Positions 20,601 through 29,357 of a DNA stretch of 64,000 bases are shown in pieces. The notes under the pieces were generated by a model that was not told the origin of the DNA, made no database searches, and saw only the letters and a list, made by a program, of their open reading frames with translations. The DNA lies in assembly GCA_037130425.1 (NCBI GenBank), contig JBAXTB010000001.1:2527-66526 (forward strand), given 5' to 3'. A program made the position numbers and the translations under genes. The DNA is from Bacteroidota bacterium (GTDB lineage: Bacteria > Bacteroidota > Bacteroidia > Chitinophagales > Saprospiraceae). The stretch's first letter is position 1; each line of letters begins with the position of its first letter.

Positions 20601-23056
20601 GGTGTGACGCGCCAGTAATAAACCGTGCTGCCTTGGAGCGCCACGGTTTGGCTTGTGCTTACAGTTGTTCCAGTATAGACCACGGAACCGGCCGTAAAGG
20701 TCGGGTTGGTAGCCACTTCAAGCAAATAAGCATCGGCATACGTTACGGCTGCCCAACTTATGGTCGGGGTAGAAGTTTGCGCCAAGGCGCCATCCGTTGG
20801 CGCAACTACTGTGGCCGTTGCCGTAGGAGCGCCAGGTAAAACCGTAAGCGCTACGGTAGTATTGCGTGTAAGACTTCCGCCTATGCCGCTGATATTCAAG
20901 GTGTAAGAACCGGCCATTGCCGGCGTAAGGCCGCTGATATGCAGGGTTGAAGTTCCAGTCGGGGTCAACTGAGTGGGCGTGAATTGTACGATCGCGCCTG
21001 CGGGTGCGCCCGTGAGCGAGAGATTAACCGGACTGTTAAATCCTAAAATGGAAGTGAGGCTAAGATTGATGTCTAAATTCTCACCGGCACAAACCTGCTT
21101 GAGCTGCGGATTTGCATCCAACAAGAACAATGGGGTAGTTGAATATAAAATGGTGAAATTCTGGTTTGAAATATCAAAGAAAACATTCCCGATCGCTTCA
21201 ACCTTCACACGGCAGGTATTCGACAATTGATTCGGTACCACAATATTGGCCGTGCCGTTGTTTGGCACGCTTGCCGCTAAAACGGTTGGGAACGTCAATC
21301 CGCCGTCGGTTGATAATAAGATGCGCACATTGGCGCAGCTTACCGGCGCTGCATTGGTGCCGTTTACGCTCCAGGTAATGGTTTTGGTTTCGCCCACATA
21401 CCAGGTAACGGCGGTGTTCGGCGCTGTCACGACAAAAGGCCCTGCGGTACCGGCAACTGTTACCACTACATTGTCCTCACTCGTGCAGCCACCGCCAGCT
21501 TTGTTGTCCCGCACCGTAACGCGGAATTTCATGGTGCGCGCCACCGATGGCAGTACTTCCCAGGTTGGGTTTGTATTACTCAGAATATCCGTCAAATTCG
21601 GAAAATAGCGCGTTGGCGAGGAGGTTCCTTTAAACGAACGGAACAAAGGCCCTGTAGCGCTGGTTGCAACCGGCGGCATGGTAGCAAATTCCGGATCCAT
21701 TTGTTCCCAGCAATACGTCAATGCATCGCCATCGGCATCGCTGCCGCTTGCTGTGAGGGCAAAGTTTGTTGATTTTGGAATCACATAATCCGCGCCGCCG
21801 TTTACCGTCGGGCTGTTGTTGCCGGTGTTGATTTTAACGGCGCAGGTATTACCCGAACCGATCAAAAATGCACCAATTTGTTGCAGGCTTAGTCCGTGGA
21901 AATAATCATCGCTATGCGGCTGCACATCCGGCGCACAAATCCCGGCGTAACCCATAATCGTAGAGGCGCTGCCAGGCTCAACCGCTGAGCCGTCAACCCG
22001 GTTGCAGTCATTGTTTTGCGTGTGCTCGGCGCCGAACTGGTGTCCCATTTCATGCACTACATAATCAATATCAAACGGGTCGCCGATGGGCATATCGCTG
22101 CCGGTTACGCCCTGGGCTTTTGAAGCAGAACACACAACGCCCAAGCCTGCAATGCCGCCGCCGCCGGTACTGAACACGTGGCCGATGTCGTAATTGGCCG
22201 TTCCGATGCGGTTGTTGCAAGTGGTCACATTCTGCCCAAGCATGGTACTACCATTATTATTGGTGTACGGGTCGTTTGTAGCATTTAAAAAAATGAGGGT
22301 ATCATTTTTCGGTACCAATTGCATGGTAACTGAATTTTCCTTTTCATACACGCCGTTTACCCGATTCATCGAAGTATTCATAGCCGCCATGACAAGCGGC
22401 TTGGTGCCTCCGTGAAACGCAGCGTATTCGCCGGTACAGGCCAAGGCCAGGCGATATTTACGCAATTTGCAGTCGCCGGCTTCTGCATTGAAGCCTTCTT
22501 TTATTTCAACCATCCCGTTATCGGGTGTTTCACAAGGAAGGAAATGGTCGTTTTTGCCCGCTACGTAATCTTTTTTGTAATAAACGACGTAATAATCGCG
22601 GTTGCCGTGTTGGTACGGATCAATGTAGACAGGGCTTTGACCCGGAATCGTTACCATGCCGTGGAACCCCCAGGGCGTCAGGTCGCATTTCAGGCTTGCC
22701 GCCGGATTGTCGACGCCATATCCCGTATAACAACGGATTTCAGGGTAGCGGCTTTGCAATTCGGGCGCCATGACCGGCGATTCCAGCAAGCGAAAGTTTT
22801 GCGTACTTCCATCAGGCATCGGCACACTCAAATAGGTGTCTGCTTCGGCCGCATTGGATGAAAAGCGTTCCGGCGCTGCGCTGAGCACAGGCGCCAACTC
22901 ATCCAAATTGAGTTTAACGGTAAGATAATGTTGCGGTTTGATGCGCCGTTCGCCGTAAGCCGGAATATTGCTTTCCGGCGTGGTCGTCCACAGAGACTGG
23001 GCATGAAGCGCACAGCTGCTAAGCAGCAATAAGAGTATAGGTAAAGATCTGAACAT
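17672..23056 (-). CDS. secreted reprolysin-like (M12B-type) zinc metalloprotease with proprotein-convertase P-domain, SprB-type repeats and a T9SS type-A C-terminal domain (1794 aa)
   Basis: Signal peptide; zinc site HEMGHQFGAEH; P-domain-like THSYVGDLSAKLTTPWGQNIQLF; about 9 repeats of the GG..PY.YS..G type. The C-terminus is LSVSPNPGPGQFRLSL...GMYFLQITDGRQWGALRLSVVK. Confidence 0.9.
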   Translation of the reverse strand: MFRSLPILLLLLSSCALHAQSLWTTTPESNIPAYGERRIKPQHYLTVKLNLDELAPVLSAAPERFSSNAAEADTYLSVPMPDGSTQNFRLLESPVMAPELQSRYPEIRCYTGYGVDNPAASLKCDLTPWGFHGMVTIPGQSPVYIDPYQHGNRDYYVVYYKKDYVAGKNDHFLPCETPDNGMVEIKEGFNAEAGDCKLRKYRLALACTGEYAAFHGGTKPLVMAAMNTSMNRVNGVYEKENSVTMQLVPKNDTLIFLNATNDPYTNNNGSTMLGQNVTTCNNRIGTANYDIGHVFSTGGGGIAGLGVVCSASKAQGVTGSDMPIGDPFDIDYVVHEMGHQFGAEHTQNNDCNRVDGSAVEPGSASTIMGYAGICAPDVQPHSDDYFHGLSLQQIGAFLIGSGNTCAVKINTGNNSPTVNGGADYVIPKSTNFALTASGSDADGDALTYCWEQMDPEFATMPPVATSATGPLFRSFKGTSSPTRYFPNLTDILSNTNPTWEVLPSVARTMKFRVTVRDNKAGGGCTSEDNVVVTVAGTAGPFVVTAPNTAVTWYVGETKTITWSVNGTNAAPVSCANVRILLSTDGGLTFPTVLAASVPNNGTANIVVPNQLSNTCRVKVEAIGNVFFDISNQNFTILYSTTPLFLLDANPQLKQVCAGENLDINLSLTSILGFNSPVNLSLTGAPAGAIVQFTPTQLTPTGTSTLHISGLTPAMAGSYTLNISGIGGSLTRNTTVALTVLPGAPTATATVVAPTDGALAQTSTPTISWAAVTYADAYLLEVATNPTFTAGSVVYTGTTVSTSQTVALQGSTVYYWRVTPANQCGSGVASAASSFQTGGSSCNQLFPATDVPKVISTTAATTVTSKLTIPATSLINDVNMTLKITHSYVGDLSAKLTTPWGQNIQLFDQPGVPATAYGCANPNVDLVFDDAAAQDAVALENTCSATGTALLGNFQSIDALAGVNGHAAQGDWILSVIDNFAQDGGSLTAWSLNFCFPAALPAGSLNTSQTLIVPQGGSNTIGNGYLVMTTTGTTAQGVFTVLSLPQHGTLYLNGVALSVGATFTQANINAGLLTYTHNGDNSLADNFYFDALDQNNQAWLHHAVFNVSVIQNNLSATATQTAPVLCVGGADAKITVTATGLNGQYQYSINNGVQQSSNVFTNLAAGSYTITVTGQFGFTKTSNVVVISNPTPVSVSANVNNADLSATAAGGSGPYTYSINGVNFQASNTFTGLSNGVYVVTAKDANGCTATAQGIVAVNTLIVTAELTGNVLCAGSNSGSISVSVGGGQAPITYSLDGVLFQDQNVFTGLSAGTYTITVKDNAGFSAVTNTITLTDPPVLSVTASSNLNVISAQAAGGTGAWTYSIDGLNFQTGNTFNNVQNGDYTVTAKDVNGCTATKAVSVNVPALTLTAGATQAILCFGDQTGGIMALATGGIPPYEYRLNANPYQGSNLFTNLAAGNYAVSTKDAVGTEMTVNVTITSPALFTMDINLVDNNATLVFNGGTAPYTYTVNGIPQLPLTDLAPNVYTVISTDANGCTTSGGFEVLGNTIAVSLTSTTGINCHGGSDGRAEICVNGGYSPITAGQLTPAGGTIASTSGNCGNNFEITQLTAGTYQLVVTDNAGFTQTLSFTINDVPELTATATASSDSIVVSASGGTGPYFFSLDGIVYNPDAVFQGLGPGVYSVHVVDANGCSTLVENLIILSGTVEPGAAWGLSVSPNPGPGQFRLSLNRAPNELQVQVLDAAGRLLHTLQYNPVGNNFTTTLDLEALPQGMYFLQITDGRQWGALRLSVVK

Positions 23057-23166
23057 CAGGATTATCCTTTTGTAAAACAGTGAACAGGAGAAAATGAGTA
23101 AACACAGATTGTAACTGCGAATGTATGAGAATTCGTTTTTAAATAACGTTTTTCGTCGGCGTTTCG

Positions 23167-24702
23167 TTACTCACGCACGATTGAGAACACCCGACTTACT
23201 TGTTGTTTTTCGACTTGCAAATGTAGCATATACAAGCCTGGGGCATAATGATTAAGGGGAATATCAAATTGCACTTCTCCGGCTTCGGCTTCAAAAGGAG
23301 CCGGATTATACACCACTTTTCCCAGTAAATCGGTAACGACCACGCGGGTTTGCGCAGCCCTTGGAAGGTCAAAATAAAGCCGAATCTGGTCGGTAGCCGG
23401 GTTCGGATATAATTGAAGATCGAAACTGGAAGCAGTTGGTGTCTTGGCTGCTGATGCTGCCCCCGGAATGCCGATGCTGCGGTCGTCATAAGCCTCGAAT
23501 TCGCCGCCGGAAATAATCGGAACCACCGGATTATCAATGTTATATAATTTGTAATAGCCATTGCCGAAGCCACAGCAAAAACCGTCGCCGTAAAAATCTA
23601 CAAAATGCAGGGAATAGCAGCCGTTTGAAGGCAATTCAAGGGTGTCTTTGATGAGTACATTGTTGCCATACGCCGTTGGACTGGCGGGCGGATCGCCAAG
23701 TTGCCCGCCGCCATTAGGGCCGATTAGTTCATTGCCGCCATGATCCAGTACATTGCCATCGTTGTCGCGCAGTTCCCAGTATGTTTCGTTTCCATAACCG
23801 TCTGTCCTGATTTTTAAAATCACTTTTTGACTGTTAAAGTCCTTGGCGACGACAAACGTGTTGTTGCGCACATTGTTAGAGAAATCTTCGTCCTGTACGC
23901 CGGCATTGATGGCAACAACGGTGGTTTTTAAACTTCCTGCGCCGCTAAACGGGTGCGGATTGAAATGGATGGGCGCTTCGCCGTAGGTGTTCAGGTTGCC
24001 GGTCCATTGCAGGGTTTCAATGGTGGAGTTTTCCCATTCCAATTGGATGGTTGCCGAAGACAAAGCCTGTGCGCCCAGGTTAATCAGGGTAAATTGGGGC
24101 GCCAACATCATGGTGTCGCAAATTTCATACAAAGGCGTTCCAGGGGTGTATTCAAAAATACCCGCGTTGTTGTTCCCTTGTTTTACAGGGCATCCCATCG
24201 CCTTTTCCCACAAACCGATAGCGTCCAGCTGCCCTACATTGTACACTTTTTTATTTGGGCAAATCGCGTATATCGTAGGAAAATATGCCACCTGATAGGC
24301 TTCAGCTACCGTGCTGTTGTCAATGTACGGGTAAGTGGTGCCGCTTATCCAGTCGCCGGCCGTGGTATTGTTGCAACCTGCTGGCCCATACAAACAGGCC
24401 GTATTCGTTGCAGGATCGCCTTCAATAAAAAGCACGCGGGCGCGGTCGTCGCCGATGGGGCCGTGCAGGTTGTAAAAATTTTGAAGCGCGTGGCCGTTGT
24501 GGTAAGCCCAGCAAGGCGGGCACCAGGTAGCGCTTACTTCCAACATCACAATTTTGCCCTCGCCCAATATTTCATACAGGTGGCGCGGTTGCCCGTTGAT
24601 GTCCGGAACATTAAAGTCCGGCGCAATAGAGCCATTTGGCAATTGACCGAACAAGGGCATTGCAAAGGCCATTAAAAACAGGAACGCGCTGTATTTTATC
24701 AT
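23167..24702 (-). CDS. thioredoxin-fold (TlpA/redoxin-like) protein with T9SS type-A C-terminal domain (511 aa)
   Basis: Signal peptide; APDFNVPDINGQ...LEVSATWCPPCW redox motif. The C-terminus is LYPNPATDQIRLYF...GLYMLHLQVEKQQVSRVFSIVRE. Confidence 0.85.
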   Translation of the reverse strand: MIKYSAFLFLMAFAMPLFGQLPNGSIAPDFNVPDINGQPRHLYEILGEGKIVMLEVSATWCPPCWAYHNGHALQNFYNLHGPIGDDRARVLFIEGDPATNTACLYGPAGCNNTTAGDWISGTTYPYIDNSTVAEAYQVAYFPTIYAICPNKKVYNVGQLDAIGLWEKAMGCPVKQGNNNAGIFEYTPGTPLYEICDTMMLAPQFTLINLGAQALSSATIQLEWENSTIETLQWTGNLNTYGEAPIHFNPHPFSGAGSLKTTVVAINAGVQDEDFSNNVRNNTFVVAKDFNSQKVILKIRTDGYGNETYWELRDNDGNVLDHGGNELIGPNGGGQLGDPPASPTAYGNNVLIKDTLELPSNGCYSLHFVDFYGDGFCCGFGNGYYKLYNIDNPVVPIISGGEFEAYDDRSIGIPGAASAAKTPTASSFDLQLYPNPATDQIRLYFDLPRAAQTRVVVTDLLGKVVYNPAPFEAEAGEVQFDIPLNHYAPGLYMLHLQVEKQQVSRVFSIVRE

Positions 24703-24784
24703 TGTTTTTTTGCTAAAATTGTCCGGAGCCGGTAAAAGTCTCCAAACCGCAACAAAAATAGAGCGGTGTTCCCTTGGCAGCGCT

Positions 24785-24792
24785 TATCTTTG
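24785..24792 (+). promoter_or_regulatory. Bacteroidota-type -7 box (TAnnTTTG) upstream of CDS 24834
   Basis: TATCTTTG lies 42 nt upstream of the ATG at 24834. This is a consensus match only. Confidence 0.35.
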
Positions 24793-24833
24793 TTTAAAAT
24801 TCAGTCAACCTGCTAATTCAAGACAATTTGCTT

Positions 24834-25511
24834 ATGAAATCTTTGTTCTACACCGTCCTTTCGATCCTGTTTTGCGCAAATACCCTGCTTGCACAAGGAA
24901 CTTTCACCGTTGTGCCAAACCCGGCCTCTGTTACCGCTGATCCGAGCCAATCCGACGCCCCGGCAGAAGCCGTCATCACGAACCTGACCAATTTTCCTAA
25001 AAATATCCGTTGGGAACGCATCATCATTGAGCTTCCTGCCACCATGTCAACCCAGGTTTGCGACCCAAACCTTTGCTGGTTGTCTACGGTCAGCACCAAA
25101 ACCTTTACCCTTGCAGGCAACGCTTCCGGTCAGCTCATCGTACACTTCCTGAACCCGCAACACGTAACCGGTTCGGCCATTGTACACATCAAACTGACCA
25201 ACATCGACGATCCGACCGAAGTGCTTACCGCAGTGTTCAACTACAACCCGCCTGCTGCCGGCGTACATGACCTGCCAGCCGCTACTGTTAAAATGTTCCC
25301 GAACCCGACGGTAGATCAATTCAAGTTAGAAAATGCAGATGCCGTATCTGCCGTGCGCGTTTTCTCCTTGGATGGTCGTCAGGTAGCGTTTTTGAATGCC
25401 ACACCGGATCAGCAATATTCGATTGCCAACCAGCCTGTCGGTACGTATGTGCTGAGCCTGTTAGATAAAAACGGCCGTTCGTTTCAGGCGCTGGAAATCA
25501 GTAAAAACTAA
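24834..25511 (+). CDS. small T9SS cargo protein, paralog 1 (about 225 aa)
   Basis: Signal peptide; shared core QVCDPNLCWLSTVSTKTF. The C-terminus is MFPNPTVDQFKLEN...GTYVLSLLDKNGRSFQALEISKN. The first ATG is at 24834; the ORF track begins at TTG 24828. Confidence 0.8.
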   Translation: MKSLFYTVLSILFCANTLLAQGTFTVVPNPASVTADPSQSDAPAEAVITNLTNFPKNIRWERIIIELPATMSTQVCDPNLCWLSTVSTKTFTLAGNASGQLIVHFLNPQHVTGSAIVHIKLTNIDDPTEVLTAVFNYNPPAAGVHDLPAATVKMFPNPTVDQFKLENADAVSAVRVFSLDGRQVAFLNATPDQQYSIANQPVGTYVLSLLDKNGRSFQALEISKN

Positions 25512-25526
25512 GACCCATATTTTACC

Positions 25527-26207
25527 ATGAACAAAAAAGCCTTACTCGCCTCTTTCTTTTTTCTTGCCTTTGCTGGTTTGATTTCGGCGCAAGCCACGTT
25601 TAGCATGGTTTCAAACCCGGCTATTGTACCATCAGAAAGCGCAGTGCAGGATATTCCCGCTGAAATGACCATTACCAACCTGGAAAATGTGACAAAGACG
25701 ATCCGCTGGACCAGAAATGTCGTATCACTTACCGGGGATTGTCAAACGCAAGTGTGCGATCCGAACCTCTGCTGGCTCCCAACCGTTAGTACCAAAACAT
25801 TCCAACTGGCGCCCAATCAGGTAAGCACATTCATCATTCACCTAAACAATCCTTCGCAAGTTCAATGTTGTGCAATCGTAGACTTGCACCTTGCAAATGT
25901 GAATGTTCCAACCGATTCCCTGACGGCCAGGTTCGTTTATGATTGCGCCACTGGAACCAAAGATTTGATTCAGGTAAGCAACATCGTGTTGTTCCCGAAC
26001 CCGACTGCTACGGATTTCACCCTGACCAATGCTGAAAACGCAACGGCCCTGCGCATTTATGCCGCCGACGGTCGTGAAGTGGCCTATTTCCAGGCTACGC
26101 CGGATCAGCACTACCGCTTGCCGGAGCAACCAAACGGCGTTTATTATATTGTTTTGGAAAACAAAGACGGGCAAAAATTCCGCGCTATTCAATTGCAAAA
26201 AGAATAG
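25527..26207 (+). CDS. small T9SS cargo protein, paralog 2 (226 aa)
   Basis: It aligns end-to-end with the preceding gene (QVCDPNLCWLPTVSTKTF; LFPNPTATDFTLTN...GVYYIVLENKDGQKFRAIQLQKE). Confidence 0.85.
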   Translation: MNKKALLASFFFLAFAGLISAQATFSMVSNPAIVPSESAVQDIPAEMTITNLENVTKTIRWTRNVVSLTGDCQTQVCDPNLCWLPTVSTKTFQLAPNQVSTFIIHLNNPSQVQCCAIVDLHLANVNVPTDSLTARFVYDCATGTKDLIQVSNIVLFPNPTATDFTLTNAENATALRIYAADGREVAYFQATPDQHYRLPEQPNGVYYIVLENKDGQKFRAIQLQKE

Positions 26208-26277
26208 ACAGTCATTATTCGATTTTTAGGATCATTTTATTTGGATGTTTTACATTTACCGCTGTAACAAAACATAC

Positions 26278-27582
26278 ATGCGAAACGATCCTTCTAAAAG
26301 AACGGCTGAATTTAGAAAAAACGACCCCTGGGTAACAACCGGGTGGGCGTTTTTTGATTGGGCCAACAGTGCTTACGCGCTGGTGATTACGGTTGCCATA
26401 TTCCCCGGCTATTTTCTTGAAATGACCAGCGACACGGTTGATATTCTTGGGTACAAGATGTCGGATAGCACCTTGTATGCCTGGAGTATTTCCTTAGCGT
26501 ATTTGATTATTGCTGCTGTATCGCCGCTGCTTTCGGGTATTGCTGATTACGGCGGACATAAAAAGGCGTTTTTGCGCTTTTTCACCATGTTGGGCGCTTT
26601 GGCCTGCATGTCGCTGGTGTTTTTTACCAGCATGAATACCTTATGGGTCGGGGTAACGGGATTTATCATGGCAACCATCGGTTTTGCTGGCGGGATTGTA
26701 TTTTACAACGCATTTTTGCCCATCATTGCCACTGAAGATCAGTATGATTCGCTGAGCGCCAAGGGTTACAGCTACGGATTTGTCGGTAGCGTGATTTTGC
26801 TGCTGGCCAATTTGGTGGTCATTATGAATTTCGGCTGGTTCGGATTTCCGGACGGATTGCGGGCGGTACCAACGGCTTTTGTGATGGTCGGACTGTGGTG
26901 GTTTGGGTTTTCTCAAATTCCATTGCGTCGCTTGCCGGAAGACAAACCGGTAAAATCGGAAGAAAACCTGATGCGCAAAGGGTATCAGGAACTTTTAAAA
27001 GCCATGCGTAACGTCCGCAATGACTACAATACCAAGGCGTACCTGATTTCATTTTTCTTCTTTAATGCCGGCATCCAAACCGTACTGTTTCTGGCCTCTA
27101 CGTTTGCAGAAAAGGAACTTGGGTTTTCCACTTCCGGCCTGATCGGGCTGATTTTGATCCTGCAAATCGTGGCCATCGGCGGCGCTTGGTCGGCCTCGAA
27201 GTTGTCGCAGATAAAAGGAAATAAGTTCTCCCTGATGATTATGCTCATCATCTGGACCGTCGTTTGCGTAGTCGGCTATTTTGTAAAATCCAAGCTTGAT
27301 TTTTACCTGCTGGCCTCAGCCGTGGGCGTTGTAATGGGCGGCAGTCAGTCGCTGGCAAGGGCCACTTACGCCAAGTTTTTGCCGGAAGACACACCCGATA
27401 CTGCTTCATTCTTTAGTTTTTATGATGTTACCGACAAGGTTTCTACGGTTGTCGGCACCTTTATGTTTGGGGTTGTGGAGCATTTGTCGGGCGGAATGCG
27501 CAACAGCCTGATCGCGTTGTCCATATTTTTCATCATCGGCATTATTGCGCTGACCCGCGTACGCGTACAAAGAATGGCATGA
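26278..27582 (+). CDS. MFS transporter (UMF1 / Atg22-like type)
   Basis: About 12 predicted hydrophobic spans with a WAFFDWANSAY N-terminal motif. The start is ambiguous: ATG at 26245 or 26278. Confidence 0.8.
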   Translation: MRNDPSKRTAEFRKNDPWVTTGWAFFDWANSAYALVITVAIFPGYFLEMTSDTVDILGYKMSDSTLYAWSISLAYLIIAAVSPLLSGIADYGGHKKAFLRFFTMLGALACMSLVFFTSMNTLWVGVTGFIMATIGFAGGIVFYNAFLPIIATEDQYDSLSAKGYSYGFVGSVILLLANLVVIMNFGWFGFPDGLRAVPTAFVMVGLWWFGFSQIPLRRLPEDKPVKSEENLMRKGYQELLKAMRNVRNDYNTKAYLISFFFFNAGIQTVLFLASTFAEKELGFSTSGLIGLILILQIVAIGGAWSASKLSQIKGNKFSLMIMLIIWTVVCVVGYFVKSKLDFYLLASAVGVVMGGSQSLARATYAKFLPEDTPDTASFFSFYDVTDKVSTVVGTFMFGVVEHLSGGMRNSLIALSIFFIIGIIALTRVRVQRMA

Positions 27583-29357
27583 ACTTCACCCGGCTTTTCG
27601 ACCTGTTGGAATATCAGCAATTCCGCTTTCCACAAGCAGCCGCCATGTCGGCACGGGATGCAAATGGCTGGCGTAGTTGGCGTACAGCAGATTTGATTGC
27701 TGAGCGAGATCGCCTGAGTGCGGGACTGCTCGGTTTCGGATGGCATACGGGCGACCGGGTTGGTATTATGACGCACTGTGGAAGTCCGAGATGGATGATT
27801 GCCGATGCGGCCTTGATGCAAATAGGATTGGTGCCCGTGCCCATACACGCCACTGCCCGGCCTGACGAGATTGCGCACATCGCGCGCGACGCGGGATTGC
27901 GCGCCTGCTTCGTGAGCAACGGGGAAATGCTGGAAAAATTCAAGCAAGCCGTGGAAATACCGCCGTTGCTCATTGGGTTTGAAAAACTTGAGGGTACTCG
28001 ACACTGGGACGACATTGCCTGCGACCCGGATGAAAAGGACTTTGAGCGGATCAAATACTTTAAAGACGGCGTGCAGGAACAAGACCTTGCCACCATTTTA
28101 TACACTTCTGGTTCCACCGGGATGCCGAAAGGGGTGATGCTCAGCCATTTCAATATTGTTAGTAATGTAAAATCCGTGCTGGCCATCGTGCCGGTGGGGC
28201 CACATACCTCGGCGGTTAGTTTTTTACCGTTGAGCCACGTATTCGAGCGCATGGTGGTGTACGTGTACCAATCGGCGGGTGTGCCGATATGGTTTGCCGA
28301 TGCGGTGGAAAACCTGCCGCAAATTTTTAAAGAAGTTCGTCCGCATTTTTTCACGGCCGTGCCGCGCATTTTGGAACGCAGTTACGATACGCTGGTACAA
28401 GAAGGCATAAAATCGGGGCCGCTCAAACGCCGCATTCTAAACTGGGCCATTGCCCTTGGCGAGCGCTACCCCTATTCCGGCGAACCCGCCATGCCGCCCC
28501 TTTATCGGCTTAAAAGGATGCTGGCCGACCTCCTTGTGTACCGGCATTGGCGCAAGCGCATGGGCGGGCGCGTACAAGCCATTGCGGTAGGCGCGGCAGC
28601 TTTGCGGCCAAGCCTGGGTCGACTGTTTTCGGCTGCGGGCATAGATGTGCGCGAAGGTTACGGATTGACCGAGACCAGTCCGGTCGTGGCTTTTAACCGC
28701 TTTGAGCCTGGCGGCGTGCGTTTTGGCACCGTTGGCATTCCCGCGCCCGGTGTGGAAGTGCGCATCGGTGAACCTGACGAAAACGGCGATGGTGAAATAC
28801 AGGTGCGCGGCCCGAATGTGATGCTTGGATACTGGCAATTGCCGGAGGAAACTGCCGCGCGTTTTACCCCTGACGGCTGGCTGCAAACCGGCGACAGCGG
28901 CCGCTTCGAACACAAGCGTTTTTTGCGGATTACCGGCCGAAAAAGCGAGATTTTCAAGACCAGTTCGGGTAAATTCGTAGCGCCCGCCTTTGTGGAGGCA
29001 CAATTGAACCAGCATTTGCTTATTAGTCAAAGTATGGCGGTTGGGCTGAATAAACCCTATGTGGCCGCCTTGATTATCCCTGATTTTAATCAATTAGAAG
29101 CCTGGTGCCGCGCCAACAACGTACACTGGACGGCGCCGCAGTACATGGTGCTCAATCCGAAAGTGGAAAAACTGTTTCAGAAAGAAATTGAGCAAATAAA
29201 TCAAACCCTGCTCGGCAGCGTGGAGGCTGTGCGCGCGTTCAAACTGCTGCATGAGCCTTGGACGGCGGAAAACGGGCTGTTGACGCCCACGTTGAAATTG
29301 CGGCGTGAGATCATTGGGGATAAGTTTCGGGAGGAGATTGAGGGGATGTTTAAATGA
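27579..29357 (+). CDS. long-chain acyl-CoA synthetase (AMP-forming, FadD-like)
   Basis: AMP-binding signature YTSGSTGMPKGV, plus GYGLTET and TGD...G..ITGRKSEIFK motifs. ATGA start/stop overlap with the MFS gene. Confidence 0.9.
   Translation: MNFTRLFDLLEYQQFRFPQAAAMSARDANGWRSWRTADLIAERDRLSAGLLGFGWHTGDRVGIMTHCGSPRWMIADAALMQIGLVPVPIHATARPDEIAHIARDAGLRACFVSNGEMLEKFKQAVEIPPLLIGFEKLEGTRHWDDIACDPDEKDFERIKYFKDGVQEQDLATILYTSGSTGMPKGVMLSHFNIVSNVKSVLAIVPVGPHTSAVSFLPLSHVFERMVVYVYQSAGVPIWFADAVENLPQIFKEVRPHFFTAVPRILERSYDTLVQEGIKSGPLKRRILNWAIALGERYPYSGEPAMPPLYRLKRMLADLLVYRHWRKRMGGRVQAIAVGAAALRPSLGRLFSAAGIDVREGYGLTETSPVVAFNRFEPGGVRFGTVGIPAPGVEVRIGEPDENGDGEIQVRGPNVMLGYWQLPEETAARFTPDGWLQTGDSGRFEHKRFLRITGRKSEIFKTSSGKFVAPAFVEAQLNQHLLISQSMAVGLNKPYVAALIIPDFNQLEAWCRANNVHWTAPQYMVLNPKVEKLFQKEIEQINQTLLGSVEAVRAFKLLHEPWTAENGLLTPTLKLRREIIGDKFREEIEGMFK

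Noticed and set aside
23953-24675. A 240-codon plus-strand ORF.
   Set aside because: It is antisense to the thioredoxin-fold T9SS cargo gene (WCPPCW motif and CTD on the minus strand).
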